64,000 nt of DNA, from contig CAYUFS010000031.1 in assembly GCA_964443975.1 (NCBI GenBank), positions 549 through 64,548 on the forward strand. The letters are read 5' to 3'. Positions 19,933-32,703 of this stretch are shown here, piece by piece. The stretch is from an uncultured Myxococcales bacterium. GTDB lineage: Bacteria > Myxococcota_A > Polyangia > Fen-1088. Position 1 is the stretch's first letter, and every line of letters begins with the position of its first letter. The notes below the pieces were generated by a model. The model worked only from the letters and a program-made list of their open reading frames with translations. It searched no databases and was not told the origin of the DNA. The translations under genes were made by a program, and so were the position numbers.

Positions 19933-20981
19933 GGCCAAGGACCCGAGTCCTCCAGGGAGAGGGTCTCCGGCAAGCCAAGCATCAGGTTCATGTTCTGGAC
20001 GGCCTGTCCCGCGCCTCCCTTGATCAGGTTGTCGGTGGCGCTGACCACGACCAGCGTTCGCGTCCCGTCTCGAGCCTCCCCGAGCGTGAACCCCACCTCG
20101 GCGAAGTTCGAGCCGGAGACAGCCGCCACCTCGGGCAACCGGTCGCGGACGAAGCGGACGAAGGGCTCGCTGTCGTAGGCCGCCGCGTAGAGCGCCGCCA
20201 GCGACGCGGGCGTCTCCGCCGCGTCGACCTCCACGAACGAAGTGGCCAGGATTCCCCGCGACAGGGGCGCCGACACGGGCACGAAGCGCAGCTGGACGTC
20301 CGGGGCGCCGGCCGCCGCCAGCGTCTCGAGGATCTCGGGCGTGTGCTGGTGATCGAGCACGCGGTATGTCTTCAAGTTGACCGCGCGCACCGGGTGGTGC
20401 GTCCCCGCCGACGGCTGCACGCCGCTGCCGGACGACCCGGTGATGCCGACGACCCGCACGAGGCCGCGCAATTTCCCCGCCCGCGCCAGGGGCAGCAAGG
20501 CCAGCTCGACGGTGGTCGCGAAGCAGCCGGGCGAAGCGACGGCGCGCGCGCCGCGAATGGCGTCGCGGTTGAGCTCGGGCAAACCATAGACGAACGTGCC
20601 GAGCAGCTCGGGGCGGGGGTGAGGCGAGCCGTAGAAGCGCGCATACGCCCCGGCGTCGCGCAAACGAAAGTCGCCAGACATGTCCACCACCCTGGCTCCC
20701 GTCGCCAGCACGGCGGGGACGCTCTGGGCGCTCACCTTGTGCGGGAGGCCCATCAGGACCACGTCGCAACCCGCGGCAGCCGCCGCTGGCGACAGATCCT
20801 CGAAGCGGAGCGCGGTCCGGCCGGTCAGCGAAAGGTGCACGGCGCCGAGCGGCTCGCCCACGTGATCGATGCTGGCCACCCGGGCGAGGTCGACCTCGGG
20901 GTGCAGCAAGAGGCGCCTGATGATCTCCGCCCCCCCGTAACCGCTACCCCCGACGACCGCGGCCCGAAAGCGCTTCGTCAT
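19929..20981 (-). CDS. argC: N-acetyl-gamma-glutamyl-phosphate reductase
   Basis: VVGGSGYGGAE, LPHKVSA, DMSGDFRL, VYGLPE, ASPGCFAT, HQHTPEI, DNLIKGGAGQAVQNMN. Confidence 0.95.
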   Translation of the reverse strand: MTKRFRAAVVGGSGYGGAEIIRRLLLHPEVDLARVASIDHVGEPLGAVHLSLTGRTALRFEDLSPAAAAAGCDVVLMGLPHKVSAQSVPAVLATGARVVDMSGDFRLRDAGAYARFYGSPHPRPELLGTFVYGLPELNRDAIRGARAVASPGCFATTVELALLPLARAGKLRGLVRVVGITGSSGSGVQPSAGTHHPVRAVNLKTYRVLDHQHTPEILETLAAAGAPDVQLRFVPVSAPLSRGILATSFVEVDAAETPASLAALYAAAYDSEPFVRFVRDRLPEVAAVSGSNFAEVGFTLGEARDGTRTLVVVSATDNLIKGGAGQAVQNMNLMLGLPETLSLEDSGPWP

Positions 20982-21478
20982 CCTGAAAAAGGACCCTCAA
21001 AGGGTCCTTTAAATCCCCCGCGACGGCGCATGCGAGCAAAGCTCGCCTGCACCAACGCGTCCTGAAAAAGGACCCTCAATGGGTCCCCTTTAATCCCCCG
21101 CGACGGCGCATGCGAGCAAAGCTCGCCTGCACCAACGCGTCCTGAAAAAGGACCCTCAATGGGTCCCCTTTAATCCCCCGCGACGGCGCATGCGAGCAAA
21201 GCTCGCCTGCACCAACGCGTCCTGAAAAAGGACCCTCAAAGGGTCCCCTTTAATCCCCCGCGACGGTGCATGCGAGCAAAGCTCGCCTCCGCCAACGCGT
21301 CCTGAAAAAGGACCCTCAATGGGTCCCCTTTAATCCCCCGCGACGGCGCATGCGAGCAAAGCTCGCCTGCACCAACGCGTCCTGAAAAAGGACCCTCAAA
21401 GGGTCCCCTTTAATCCCCCGCGACGGTGCATGCGAGCAAAGCTCGCCTCCGCCAACGCGTCCTGAAAAAGGACCCTCA
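20981..21478. repeat. Tandem array of an 80-bp double-hairpin unit (6 copies plus a 19-nt partial copy)
   Basis: Units start at 20981 (79 nt), 21060, 21140, 21220, 21300, 21380 and 21460 (partial). Consensus TCCTGAAAAAGGACCCTCAAWGGGTCCCCTTTAATCCCCCGCGACGGYGCATGCGAGCAAAGCTCGCCTSCRCCAACGCG. Confidence 0.98.
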
Positions 21479-21507
21479 TTCGTGGGAGCGGGGACCGGAA
21501 ATGGACA

Positions 21508-21729
21508 CTACCCGCCGCAAGGAATCTCCTTGCCGTTGTTGTCGAAGCACGTCCCGGTCGCGGCGGCGTCGGGCGGCGGCGCCTCCCACTTCGCGTCTTG
21601 TTCGATCTTGCCCTGAACATTGGCGCAGGTGTCCATGTCGGCATAGCAATATTTGCCCGTTGGCCCGCAGGCCACGCCGACGGAGATCACAGCGACGAGC
21701 AGACCAAAGCTGACCCAGACGAGCTTCAT
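21508..21729 (-). CDS. Small Cys-rich lipoprotein (73 aa)
   Basis: AAGGAGG RBS upstream; MK plus hydrophobic stretch and lipobox VAC; four further Cys. Confidence 0.75.
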   Translation of the reverse strand: MKLVWVSFGLLVAVISVGVACGPTGKYCYADMDTCANVQGKIEQDAKWEAPPPDAAATGTCFDNNGKEIPCGG

Positions 21730-21877
21730 TGCGGGGCGCCTCCTTGAAAACGAGCCGGTGCCCTCATGGGGGCCGAACCGTAAATATCCGACCTCCTTCG
21801 CCTGGTGTCAACGTCGGCCCGCGCGGGACTGGCGGGCGACGGTCGGCTCGCGCGGCTCGTGCTACGCTTCCGCCTCC

Positions 21878-23827
21878 TTGCGCCGGTTCTCCGACGGGCC
21901 CCGATCCAAGAGAACGCACGGTCGCCCGCGTGCGGCTCCGATCGCCGCGCTGGCTCTGCTGGCCACGATTCACCATGCGGACGCTGCGCCGGCGGCCATT
22001 CGCGCGATCGTCCCGGCCTCCGGTCCACCCGAGATTCTGCGGCTCGCCGACGTTCGCCCCGGGATGGTGGGTGAGGCGCTGACGGTCTTCCAGGGGCGAA
22101 GACCCGAGCCGTTCAAGGTGCGCGTGATCTCGGTGCTGCGGAACTTCTTGCCCAAGCAAGACGTCATCCTGATACGAGCCGAGGATCCGCGCCTGGAGCA
22201 GTCCGGCATCGTGGCCGGGATGAGCGGAAGCCCGGTGTACGTGGGCGGGAAGCTGATGGGCGCCATCGCCTACGGATGGAGCTTCGCCAAGGAGCCCATG
22301 GGCGGCGTCACGCCCATCGAGGCGATGCTGGCCGAGCGGGCGCGCCCGCGCCGGGCGCCGCCCCGCGACCTCGCGCCCACCGCGGGCGGGCTCCACACCC
22401 TCACCGTCGCCGATGGGGGCCCGGAGGCGGCGGTCTCGTCGGCGAGCAATTCCCTGTTTCCCGTGTTACCCGCGTCGCCAGCGCTCCCTCGTGCCAGCGC
22501 CGAACCGGATGCCCCGTCGGGGGCCGCGCTGACCCCGCAGCTTCGTCCGGTCGCGATCCCGCTGGCGGTGGCGGGATTCGACGCCCGCACTGTTGCCGAC
22601 ATGGACCGGATGCTGGGCCCGCTCGGGCTGGTCCCGGTGCGAGCGGGCGGTGGTCGCCGCCCCGACGGCGCCGCGGGTGCTGGTCGTGTCGAGCCCGGGT
22701 CAGCCATCGGCGTCGAGCTCGTGCGCGGCGACATGAGCGTCGTCGGGACGGGGACGGTGACCTACGTCGACAAGAACACGGTGCTGGCGTTCGGCCATCC
22801 CATGCTGGGGGCCGGCGAGCTCTACCTGCCGCTCGTGGACGCCGAGATTCACGCGATCCTGCCGAGCCTGGCCCAGTCGATCAAGCTGTCGTCGCCGGTC
22901 GCCGAGGTGGGAGCGCTCGTGCAGGACCGCAAGGCCTGCATCCTCGGAGATCTGTCGGCGCGGGTGACGATGGTGCCGGTGACGGTGCGCGTGCGGGCGC
23001 CGGGCGCGCCCGAACGGGTGTTTCACGCTGAGGTGGCACGACATCGGCGCCTGACCCCGGTGCTGGCGGCGCTCGTCGCGAGCAGCGCCATCGCCGACGC
23101 CGAGCCGGATCAGGTCGACATGGTGATGAGCGTGACCTCGAACGTCGGCCTCGAAGGGCATCCCGCGGTCGTGCTGCGCGAGCAGATCTTCTCCACCGAC
23201 GGCGCCTCGGCGCAGGTGCTGTCGAGCCTGCGCGGATTGCGCGCGATTGGCGACCTGCTGTCGAACCCGTTCGAGCCGGTGATCCTCGATCACCTCGACC
23301 TGGACATCGGGCTCGACTTTCGCCGTGACCTCGCCGAGATCGTGGGCGCGTCGGTTCGCGAGGGGAGGCTCCACGCGGGGCAAACGGCGACGGTCACCGT
23401 GACGCTGCGCCCGTTCGACGGGGCCGAATATACGGAGACCCTTCGCGTCCCCATCCCCGATTCGGCGGCGGGACAGACCCTGAAGGTGGAGATCGCCTCG
23501 GGCGCGAACACCCGCCCCGACGTGGCCCCGCCCGAGACCTTGCCCGGATACATCGAGGCGCTGGGCAAGTACTATCCCTCGACGTCGATCGTGGTCGGCG
23601 TGCAGACGCTGGAGGACGGCGCGGCCACGCGCGGACGTCTCTTGCCCGACCTTCCCAGCGCCGCCATGGATACCTTGCGGTCGGGGGGCCGGGCGAGGCG
23701 CGTCGACGCCTACCGCGTCTCCGACAAGACGGCGTTCCCGATGAAGCGCATCGTCTTCGGCAGGCAGGAGCTCACGATCACCGTCGATGGCGACGTTCTT
23801 GGCCGAGCGTTCACCCCTCCGCGTTGA
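21878..23827 (+). CDS. SpoIVB-like peptidase S55 domain protein
   Basis: GIVAGMSGSPVYVGGKLMGAIAYG catalytic-Ser region, AFGHPM. Start uncertain (ORF open from 21653; in-frame TTG at 21878 precedes a signal-like segment). Confidence 0.85.
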   Translation: MRRFSDGPRSKRTHGRPRAAPIAALALLATIHHADAAPAAIRAIVPASGPPEILRLADVRPGMVGEALTVFQGRRPEPFKVRVISVLRNFLPKQDVILIRAEDPRLEQSGIVAGMSGSPVYVGGKLMGAIAYGWSFAKEPMGGVTPIEAMLAERARPRRAPPRDLAPTAGGLHTLTVADGGPEAAVSSASNSLFPVLPASPALPRASAEPDAPSGAALTPQLRPVAIPLAVAGFDARTVADMDRMLGPLGLVPVRAGGGRRPDGAAGAGRVEPGSAIGVELVRGDMSVVGTGTVTYVDKNTVLAFGHPMLGAGELYLPLVDAEIHAILPSLAQSIKLSSPVAEVGALVQDRKACILGDLSARVTMVPVTVRVRAPGAPERVFHAEVARHRRLTPVLAALVASSAIADAEPDQVDMVMSVTSNVGLEGHPAVVLREQIFSTDGASAQVLSSLRGLRAIGDLLSNPFEPVILDHLDLDIGLDFRRDLAEIVGASVREGRLHAGQTATVTVTLRPFDGAEYTETLRVPIPDSAAGQTLKVEIASGANTRPDVAPPETLPGYIEALGKYYPSTSIVVGVQTLEDGAATRGRLLPDLPSAAMDTLRSGGRARRVDAYRVSDKTAFPMKRIVFGRQELTITVDGDVLGRAFTPPR

Positions 23828-23923
23828 CCGGGCGTCCAGCAGAGCAAAGGCTCGCAATTCTCACAATCGTCACGGTTTTGATGCCAAGCCGCCCGCGCGC
23901 CGGAGTTATCCTCTCCATTAGCC

Positions 23924-25612
23924 ATGCGCATTGCCGCCCTCGATGTGGGGTCGAACTCGTTCCACTTGATCGTCGTCCAGGTGACGGCGACCGGACACTT
24001 CGAGGTCCTGGATCGGGCGAAGGAGATGGTCCGCCTCGGCGAAGGCTCGTTGCGGTCGGGGATAATCCCGCCCGAGGTGTTCCGGCGCGGCCTCGACGCC
24101 CTCGCCTCGCTGCGGCGCCTCGCGGACCGCCACCAGCCCGACGCGCTGGTGGCCGTCGCCACCAGCGCGGTGCGCGAGGCGCAGAACGGCGGCGAGTTCG
24201 TGCGCGCGGCGCGCGACGAGGTGGGCGTCGACATCCAGGTGGTGCGGGGACAGGAGGAGGCGCGCCTGATCTACCTGGGCGCGCGTGGCTCGTTGAACCT
24301 CGACGGCCGGCGCACGGTGCTGTTCGATCTCGGCGGCGGCTCGATGGAGGTCATCCTCGCCGACGCCCGTGAGCTGTACTTCACCGATTCCTTGAAGCTT
24401 GGCGTCATCCGCATGAGCGAGGAGTGGGGCGCGTCCGATCCGCCCACCGCCCGCGAGATCAGCGCCCTGCGCGAGAAGGTGCGCCGCGTGATGGAGCCCG
24501 TCATCGCCCGGGTCCGCGCCATGGGGTTCGACTTCGTGTCGATGAGCTCGGGGACCGCGTCGGCGCTCGCGTCCATGATCTCGCATGACGAGGAGGATCG
24601 GGACAGCGGCGTGCGCAAGCTGACGACCAAGGCGCTGGCCGAGGCGGAGCGGAAGCTGGCGACGCTGACCCACGAGGAGCGAACGCAGCTTCCGGGCGTC
24701 GACGCGCGCCGCGCCGACACCATCCTGGCCGGCGCCATCGTGCTGCGGACCGCCCTGGAGTTGACTGGCGCGGAGGAGGCCACCGTGTGCGAGGCGGCCC
24801 TGCGCGAGGGGATCGTCGCCGACTACATCGTGACCCACCGGCCGGGCATCCTGCTGGTGGACGAGTTCCCCGACCTGCGCCGCCGCAGCGTCATGGAGCT
24901 GGCGCGGCGCTGTCACTTCGACGAGCCCCACGCCCAGCACGTCGCACGCCTCGCCCTGTCGCTCTTCGATCAGACGCGCGATCTGCACGGTCTCGGCGAG
25001 GTCGACGAGGAGCTGCTGGAGTTCTCCGCGCTGCTCCACGACATCGGCTTCTACATTTCGCCCTCAGGGCACCACAAACACGCGCAGTACTTGATCGAGA
25101 CCGCCGACATGGTGGGCTTCTCGCGCGACGAGGTGGAGATCATGGCGCTCGCAGCCCGCTATCACCGCAAGGCCGAGCCGCCGTCCAAGCGGGCCAAGCG
25201 AGCGCTGCGGCGGCGGCACGCGGCGTTCGGCAAGCTGGCCCGCCGCGCGCGCCGGCGCGTGCGCTACCTGGCGGCGCTGCTGCGCATCGCGGACGCGCTG
25301 GATCGCACCCACGGTCGCCTGATCCGGGCGGTCCGCTGCCAGCTTCGGCGCAAGACCATCGAGCTGCGCGTCGAGGTCGAGGGCGATCCTGAGCTCGAGC
25401 TGTGGGCCGCGCGACGGAAGGGCGATTTGCTGGAGTCGCTGACAGGGCTACGCCTGCGCCTGGCGGTCGACGCCGTGACGCGCGTCCGCGCCGCCGGCGT
25501 TCCCGTCACCGTGCCCGCGGGCGGCCCGGCCCGCCGGACGCGCCCGCGCCTCAAGGCGGGGTCGCGGCCTGCGAAGAAGCAGCAGGCCGGCCGTCTGCGT
25601 CTGGTCGGCTGA
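23924..25612 (+). CDS. ppx: Exopolyphosphatase/guanosine pentaphosphatase (Ppx/GppA) with HD domain
   Basis: IAALDVGSNSFH, ATSAVREAQN, DLGGGSME, ALREG, LLHDIG. Confidence 0.94.
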   Translation: MRIAALDVGSNSFHLIVVQVTATGHFEVLDRAKEMVRLGEGSLRSGIIPPEVFRRGLDALASLRRLADRHQPDALVAVATSAVREAQNGGEFVRAARDEVGVDIQVVRGQEEARLIYLGARGSLNLDGRRTVLFDLGGGSMEVILADARELYFTDSLKLGVIRMSEEWGASDPPTAREISALREKVRRVMEPVIARVRAMGFDFVSMSSGTASALASMISHDEEDRDSGVRKLTTKALAEAERKLATLTHEERTQLPGVDARRADTILAGAIVLRTALELTGAEEATVCEAALREGIVADYIVTHRPGILLVDEFPDLRRRSVMELARRCHFDEPHAQHVARLALSLFDQTRDLHGLGEVDEELLEFSALLHDIGFYISPSGHHKHAQYLIETADMVGFSRDEVEIMALAARYHRKAEPPSKRAKRALRRRHAAFGKLARRARRRVRYLAALLRIADALDRTHGRLIRAVRCQLRRKTIELRVEVEGDPELELWAARRKGDLLESLTGLRLRLAVDAVTRVRAAGVPVTVPAGGPARRTRPRLKAGSRPAKKQQAGRLRLVG

Positions 25613-25738
25613 CGCCCCGGCTGCGAAGCGGGCCCGACGCCGCCAGGGTTGGTGGCGCCTCCGTCGGTTATGATCGCCCGCGCGGTCACGGGCCGTCCCA
25701 AGCATGATGCGTGAAACGAGAGCGGCACGAGGAGGGCG

Positions 25739-27103
25739 ATGCGACGGCTGGCCGCGTCCCTGCTGAGGTGGATCGCGGAGGCCGCGGTGAGGATTTACTA
25801 TCCCCGCCGAACGGTCGAGGGACGCGAGAATTTGCCGCCGCCCGGCGCGGCGATCTACGTGGCCAACCACCCGAACGGGCTGCTCGACCCGCTCGTCCTG
25901 CGGGTGACGCTGGGCCGCGCAGCGCGCTTCCTGGCGAAGAGCACCCTGTGGGGGAACCCGTTCGGGCGCCTGGCGATGGACGCCTTCCTGTGCCTGCCCG
26001 TGTACAGGCAGCAAGACGTCGCGGTGAACGCGCGCGGCGAGACCGTGGCGCGCAACGAAGAGACGTTCGCGCGCTGCCGCACGGAGCTCGCGGCGGGCGC
26101 CGACCTGGCGCTCTATCCCGAGGGGACGTCGCATTCGGACCCGCAGTTGAAGCCGCTGAAGACGGGCGCGGCGCGGATCGCGCTGGGGGCGGCCGCAGCG
26201 GAGGCTGCGGAGGCGAGCCCCCCGGGGCAGCCGCCCCACCCGCTTCCCCGGCTGGTCCCGGTCGGAAGCCACTACGAGAGCCCGGCATCGTTCCGGTCGT
26301 CCGTTCACCTCGTGGTGGGTCCACCGATCGATCTGCTGCCGTACGTGCCCCGGTACGAGGCGGATCCGCGCGCCGCCATCGAGGCCCTGACCGAGGAGAT
26401 CCGTCATCGCCTGGACGAGCTGATCTTGCAGGCGGAGACGCGCGAGCTGCTGCTCGGTATCGCTCGCGTCGCGAGCTGGACCGCGAACGCTCCCGACGAC
26501 AACGCTCCCGAGCGCCACCGCGCCCGCACGCGCGAGCTGCTGGCGGCCTATGCGAGGCTGCGCGCGTCCGATCCGGAGCGGCTGCAAAGGCTGACGAAGG
26601 CGGCGCGCGACTACGCGCGCTTGCTGGAGAAGATGGGCGTGCGCGATCCCTGGGCGCTCGAGATCCCGAGGCTCTCCGGCGTCCGCGTCGCGCGGGTGGC
26701 CGGGCGCCTGGTCCTGATGACGCCGGCGGCGGCGTGGGGCGTCGTGACCAGCTGGGTGCCGTACCGTCTGACCGGGATCGCCGCGCGCAAGGCGACGAAG
26801 GACGAGGACGTCCTCAGCACGATGAAGATGATCGGGGGCGCGGCGATCCTGGTCGCCTTCTGGCTGCTGGAGGCGCTGGGGATCGGCCTTCGCTTTGGGG
26901 CTGCCGTCGGCCTCGTGTCCTTGCTGGTCGCCCCCGTGGCCGGGTACGCGACGCTGCGGTTCGGAGAGAACCTGCGCGAGATGATCGAGGCGCTGCGCCA
27001 CCTCGGCTGGCGCGCGCGCGGGGACACCGTGCGACGGCTGGCGGAGCGGCGTCAGCGCCTGGCCGCCGACGTCTCGCAAGCGCTGCGGCAGAGCGGCTCA
27101 TGA
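25739..27103 (+). CDS. Lysophospholipid/glycerol-3-phosphate acyltransferase (PlsC-like) with C-terminal TM helices
   Basis: ANHPNGLLDP (HX4D), FLAKSTLW, YPEGTSH. Confidence 0.9.
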   Translation: MRRLAASLLRWIAEAAVRIYYPRRTVEGRENLPPPGAAIYVANHPNGLLDPLVLRVTLGRAARFLAKSTLWGNPFGRLAMDAFLCLPVYRQQDVAVNARGETVARNEETFARCRTELAAGADLALYPEGTSHSDPQLKPLKTGAARIALGAAAAEAAEASPPGQPPHPLPRLVPVGSHYESPASFRSSVHLVVGPPIDLLPYVPRYEADPRAAIEALTEEIRHRLDELILQAETRELLLGIARVASWTANAPDDNAPERHRARTRELLAAYARLRASDPERLQRLTKAARDYARLLEKMGVRDPWALEIPRLSGVRVARVAGRLVLMTPAAAWGVVTSWVPYRLTGIAARKATKDEDVLSTMKMIGGAAILVAFWLLEALGIGLRFGAAVGLVSLLVAPVAGYATLRFGENLREMIEALRHLGWRARGDTVRRLAERRQRLAADVSQALRQSGS

Positions 27104-27633
27104 CGGGCGGCGACGGGGGCGACGGGCTGCAGGCTGGCGAGCGCGAGGCGCTGCTGCGTAAATATCGCCTGCTGGCGCGGTGGCGACGGACGAAGGACGC
27201 GTCGCCGGACGACCGGCCGGCCCCGGGGGACCACGGCGCCGGTCCGGCCGCGATGCGGGCGCTCGCGGACGAATTCCCCGGCGCCTTGCGCGAGCTCGAC
27301 GTGCTGGGGCTCGCGGAGCTCGAACGGCGCATCGCGCGCCTCGCCGCGCCGGGCGGAGACGAGGATGCCGGCGCGGAGCCCTGGATGTCGTGGATCGTCG
27401 CCTACCACCGACTGATGCGCATCGCCCTCGCGACGAAGCGCAGCGCCGCCGACGGCGACGCGCGACCTCCCGCCGCCTCGCGCGACCTGGACGAGGCGTT
27501 CCTGCGTGAGATCAGGCGGCCGCCCTCGGGCCGGCTGTCATTGACGGTCCTGCAGGCCCTCGGCCGCCGCTTCGACGTGCCCGCGGACGACATCGCCGCC
27601 ACGCTGTTCCCGCCTCGGCGGGCGCCCCGTTGA
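27100..27633 (+). CDS. Hypothetical protein (177 aa)
   Basis: ATG overlaps the upstream stop (ATGA); coding-like composition; no family recognised. Confidence 0.65.
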   Translation: MTGGDGGDGLQAGEREALLRKYRLLARWRRTKDASPDDRPAPGDHGAGPAAMRALADEFPGALRELDVLGLAELERRIARLAAPGGDEDAGAEPWMSWIVAYHRLMRIALATKRSAADGDARPPAASRDLDEAFLREIRRPPSGRLSLTVLQALGRRFDVPADDIAATLFPPRRAPR

Positions 27634-27662
27634 GTCACCGGTGCCCGCGGCGCGGTCGGCCG

Positions 27663-29876
<2,214 letters not shown>

Positions 29877-29922
29877 GCGCGGCTCCCGCTCGCTTGTTTC
29901 ATCCGGGCATCATGCGACCCGC

Positions 29923-31632
<1,710 letters not shown>

Positions 31633-31722
31633 CCCTTCCGTGCCCACGGCGGGCGGCCCCCGCGTCGTCGGCGCGGGAACGCGTCGTCATTGGCCGTGGC
31701 GGTTGTAGACTGCGCCCCCTTC

Positions 31723-32688
31723 ATGTCCACTCTGTCGCGTGCCTTCGTGCTGGTGATGTTCGTCGTGCTGCTCGGTGGCGGCCTGGTCGTCGGCGTCGCG
31801 GTGCACCGCGTGAATCGGGTGTTCGATCTGCCCGCGCCTCCCGTCGCCCGCGCGTCGTCCTCCGATGAGATCGCGCGTGGCGGCCGCCTGTTCCGCACGC
31901 TGTGCCTCGACTGCCACGCCGGCCCTGGCGGGGGACGGCCCACGGGCGCCCGGGTCGCGAACGCGCCGTCGTTCATCGGCGAGGTGTGGGCGCCCAACAT
32001 CACCGCCGATCCGCAGGTCGGCATCGGGTCCTGGACTGACGGCGACGTGGCCCGCCTGCTGCGCAACGGCGTCCGCCGAGATCGGTACTACGCCGCGACC
32101 ATGCCGCGGTTCTCGCAGCTCGCCGACGAGGACGTCGCCGCGCTCATCGGCTTCTTGCGCTCGGACGATCCCATGGTGGCGGCAGCCCCGGCGAGCGCCG
32201 CCAGCCCGCGTTCGAAGCTGGGCCTCGGCGGCGTGCTGGCCCTCGCGTACGCCGCTGGCGTCGACACCAGCGGCGCGGCGCACGTGCCCGCCCCGCCGCG
32301 TGGTCCGAACGCCGCCTACGGCCGCTACCTGGCTTCGCGCATCTACGCCTGCGTCGACTGTCACACCAACGGCTTCGGAGCCACCGACGAGAAGCTCGCC
32401 GCGACGGGACTGCTGGCCGGCGGCATGGTGCTGCACAACAAGGCTGGCGACGTGGTGTATTCGCGAAACCTGACGCCCGACGCGGAGACGGGCCTCGCCG
32501 CCTGGAGCGCGGACGATCTGGCGCGCGCCCTCATGACCGGCGTGTCGCGCGACGGGCGGAAGCTCCGCCCGCCCATGCCCGTCTTTCGGGCCATGGACGC
32601 CCCCGACGCGGCCGCCCTGTATGCGTTTCTGCGTTCTCTCCCCGCCGTCCACAGCCCCGTCCCCGGGGCCGTGGAGCGACACGACTGA
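31723..32688 (+). CDS. Membrane-anchored diheme c-type cytochrome
   Basis: N-terminal TM helix; CLDCH and CVDCH heme motifs; APNITAD and SRNLTPD segments typical of dehydrogenase-associated cytochromes c. Confidence 0.88.
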   Translation: MSTLSRAFVLVMFVVLLGGGLVVGVAVHRVNRVFDLPAPPVARASSSDEIARGGRLFRTLCLDCHAGPGGGRPTGARVANAPSFIGEVWAPNITADPQVGIGSWTDGDVARLLRNGVRRDRYYAATMPRFSQLADEDVAALIGFLRSDDPMVAAAPASAASPRSKLGLGGVLALAYAAGVDTSGAAHVPAPPRGPNAAYGRYLASRIYACVDCHTNGFGATDEKLAATGLLAGGMVLHNKAGDVVYSRNLTPDAETGLAAWSADDLARALMTGVSRDGRKLRPPMPVFRAMDAPDAAALYAFLRSLPAVHSPVPGAVERHD

Positions 32689-32703
32689 TACAATCCGGCC
32701 GCT

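Noticed and set aside
20981-21478. CRISPR array
   Set aside because: Units repeat end to end with no unique spacers, and no cas genes are present in the window.
21508-21729. LysW/ArgW carrier protein next to argC/argB (LysY/LysZ pathway)
   Set aside because: Has a lipoprotein signal, no paired CxxC zinc ribbon and no C-terminal EDWGE; no lysX/argX ligase nearby.
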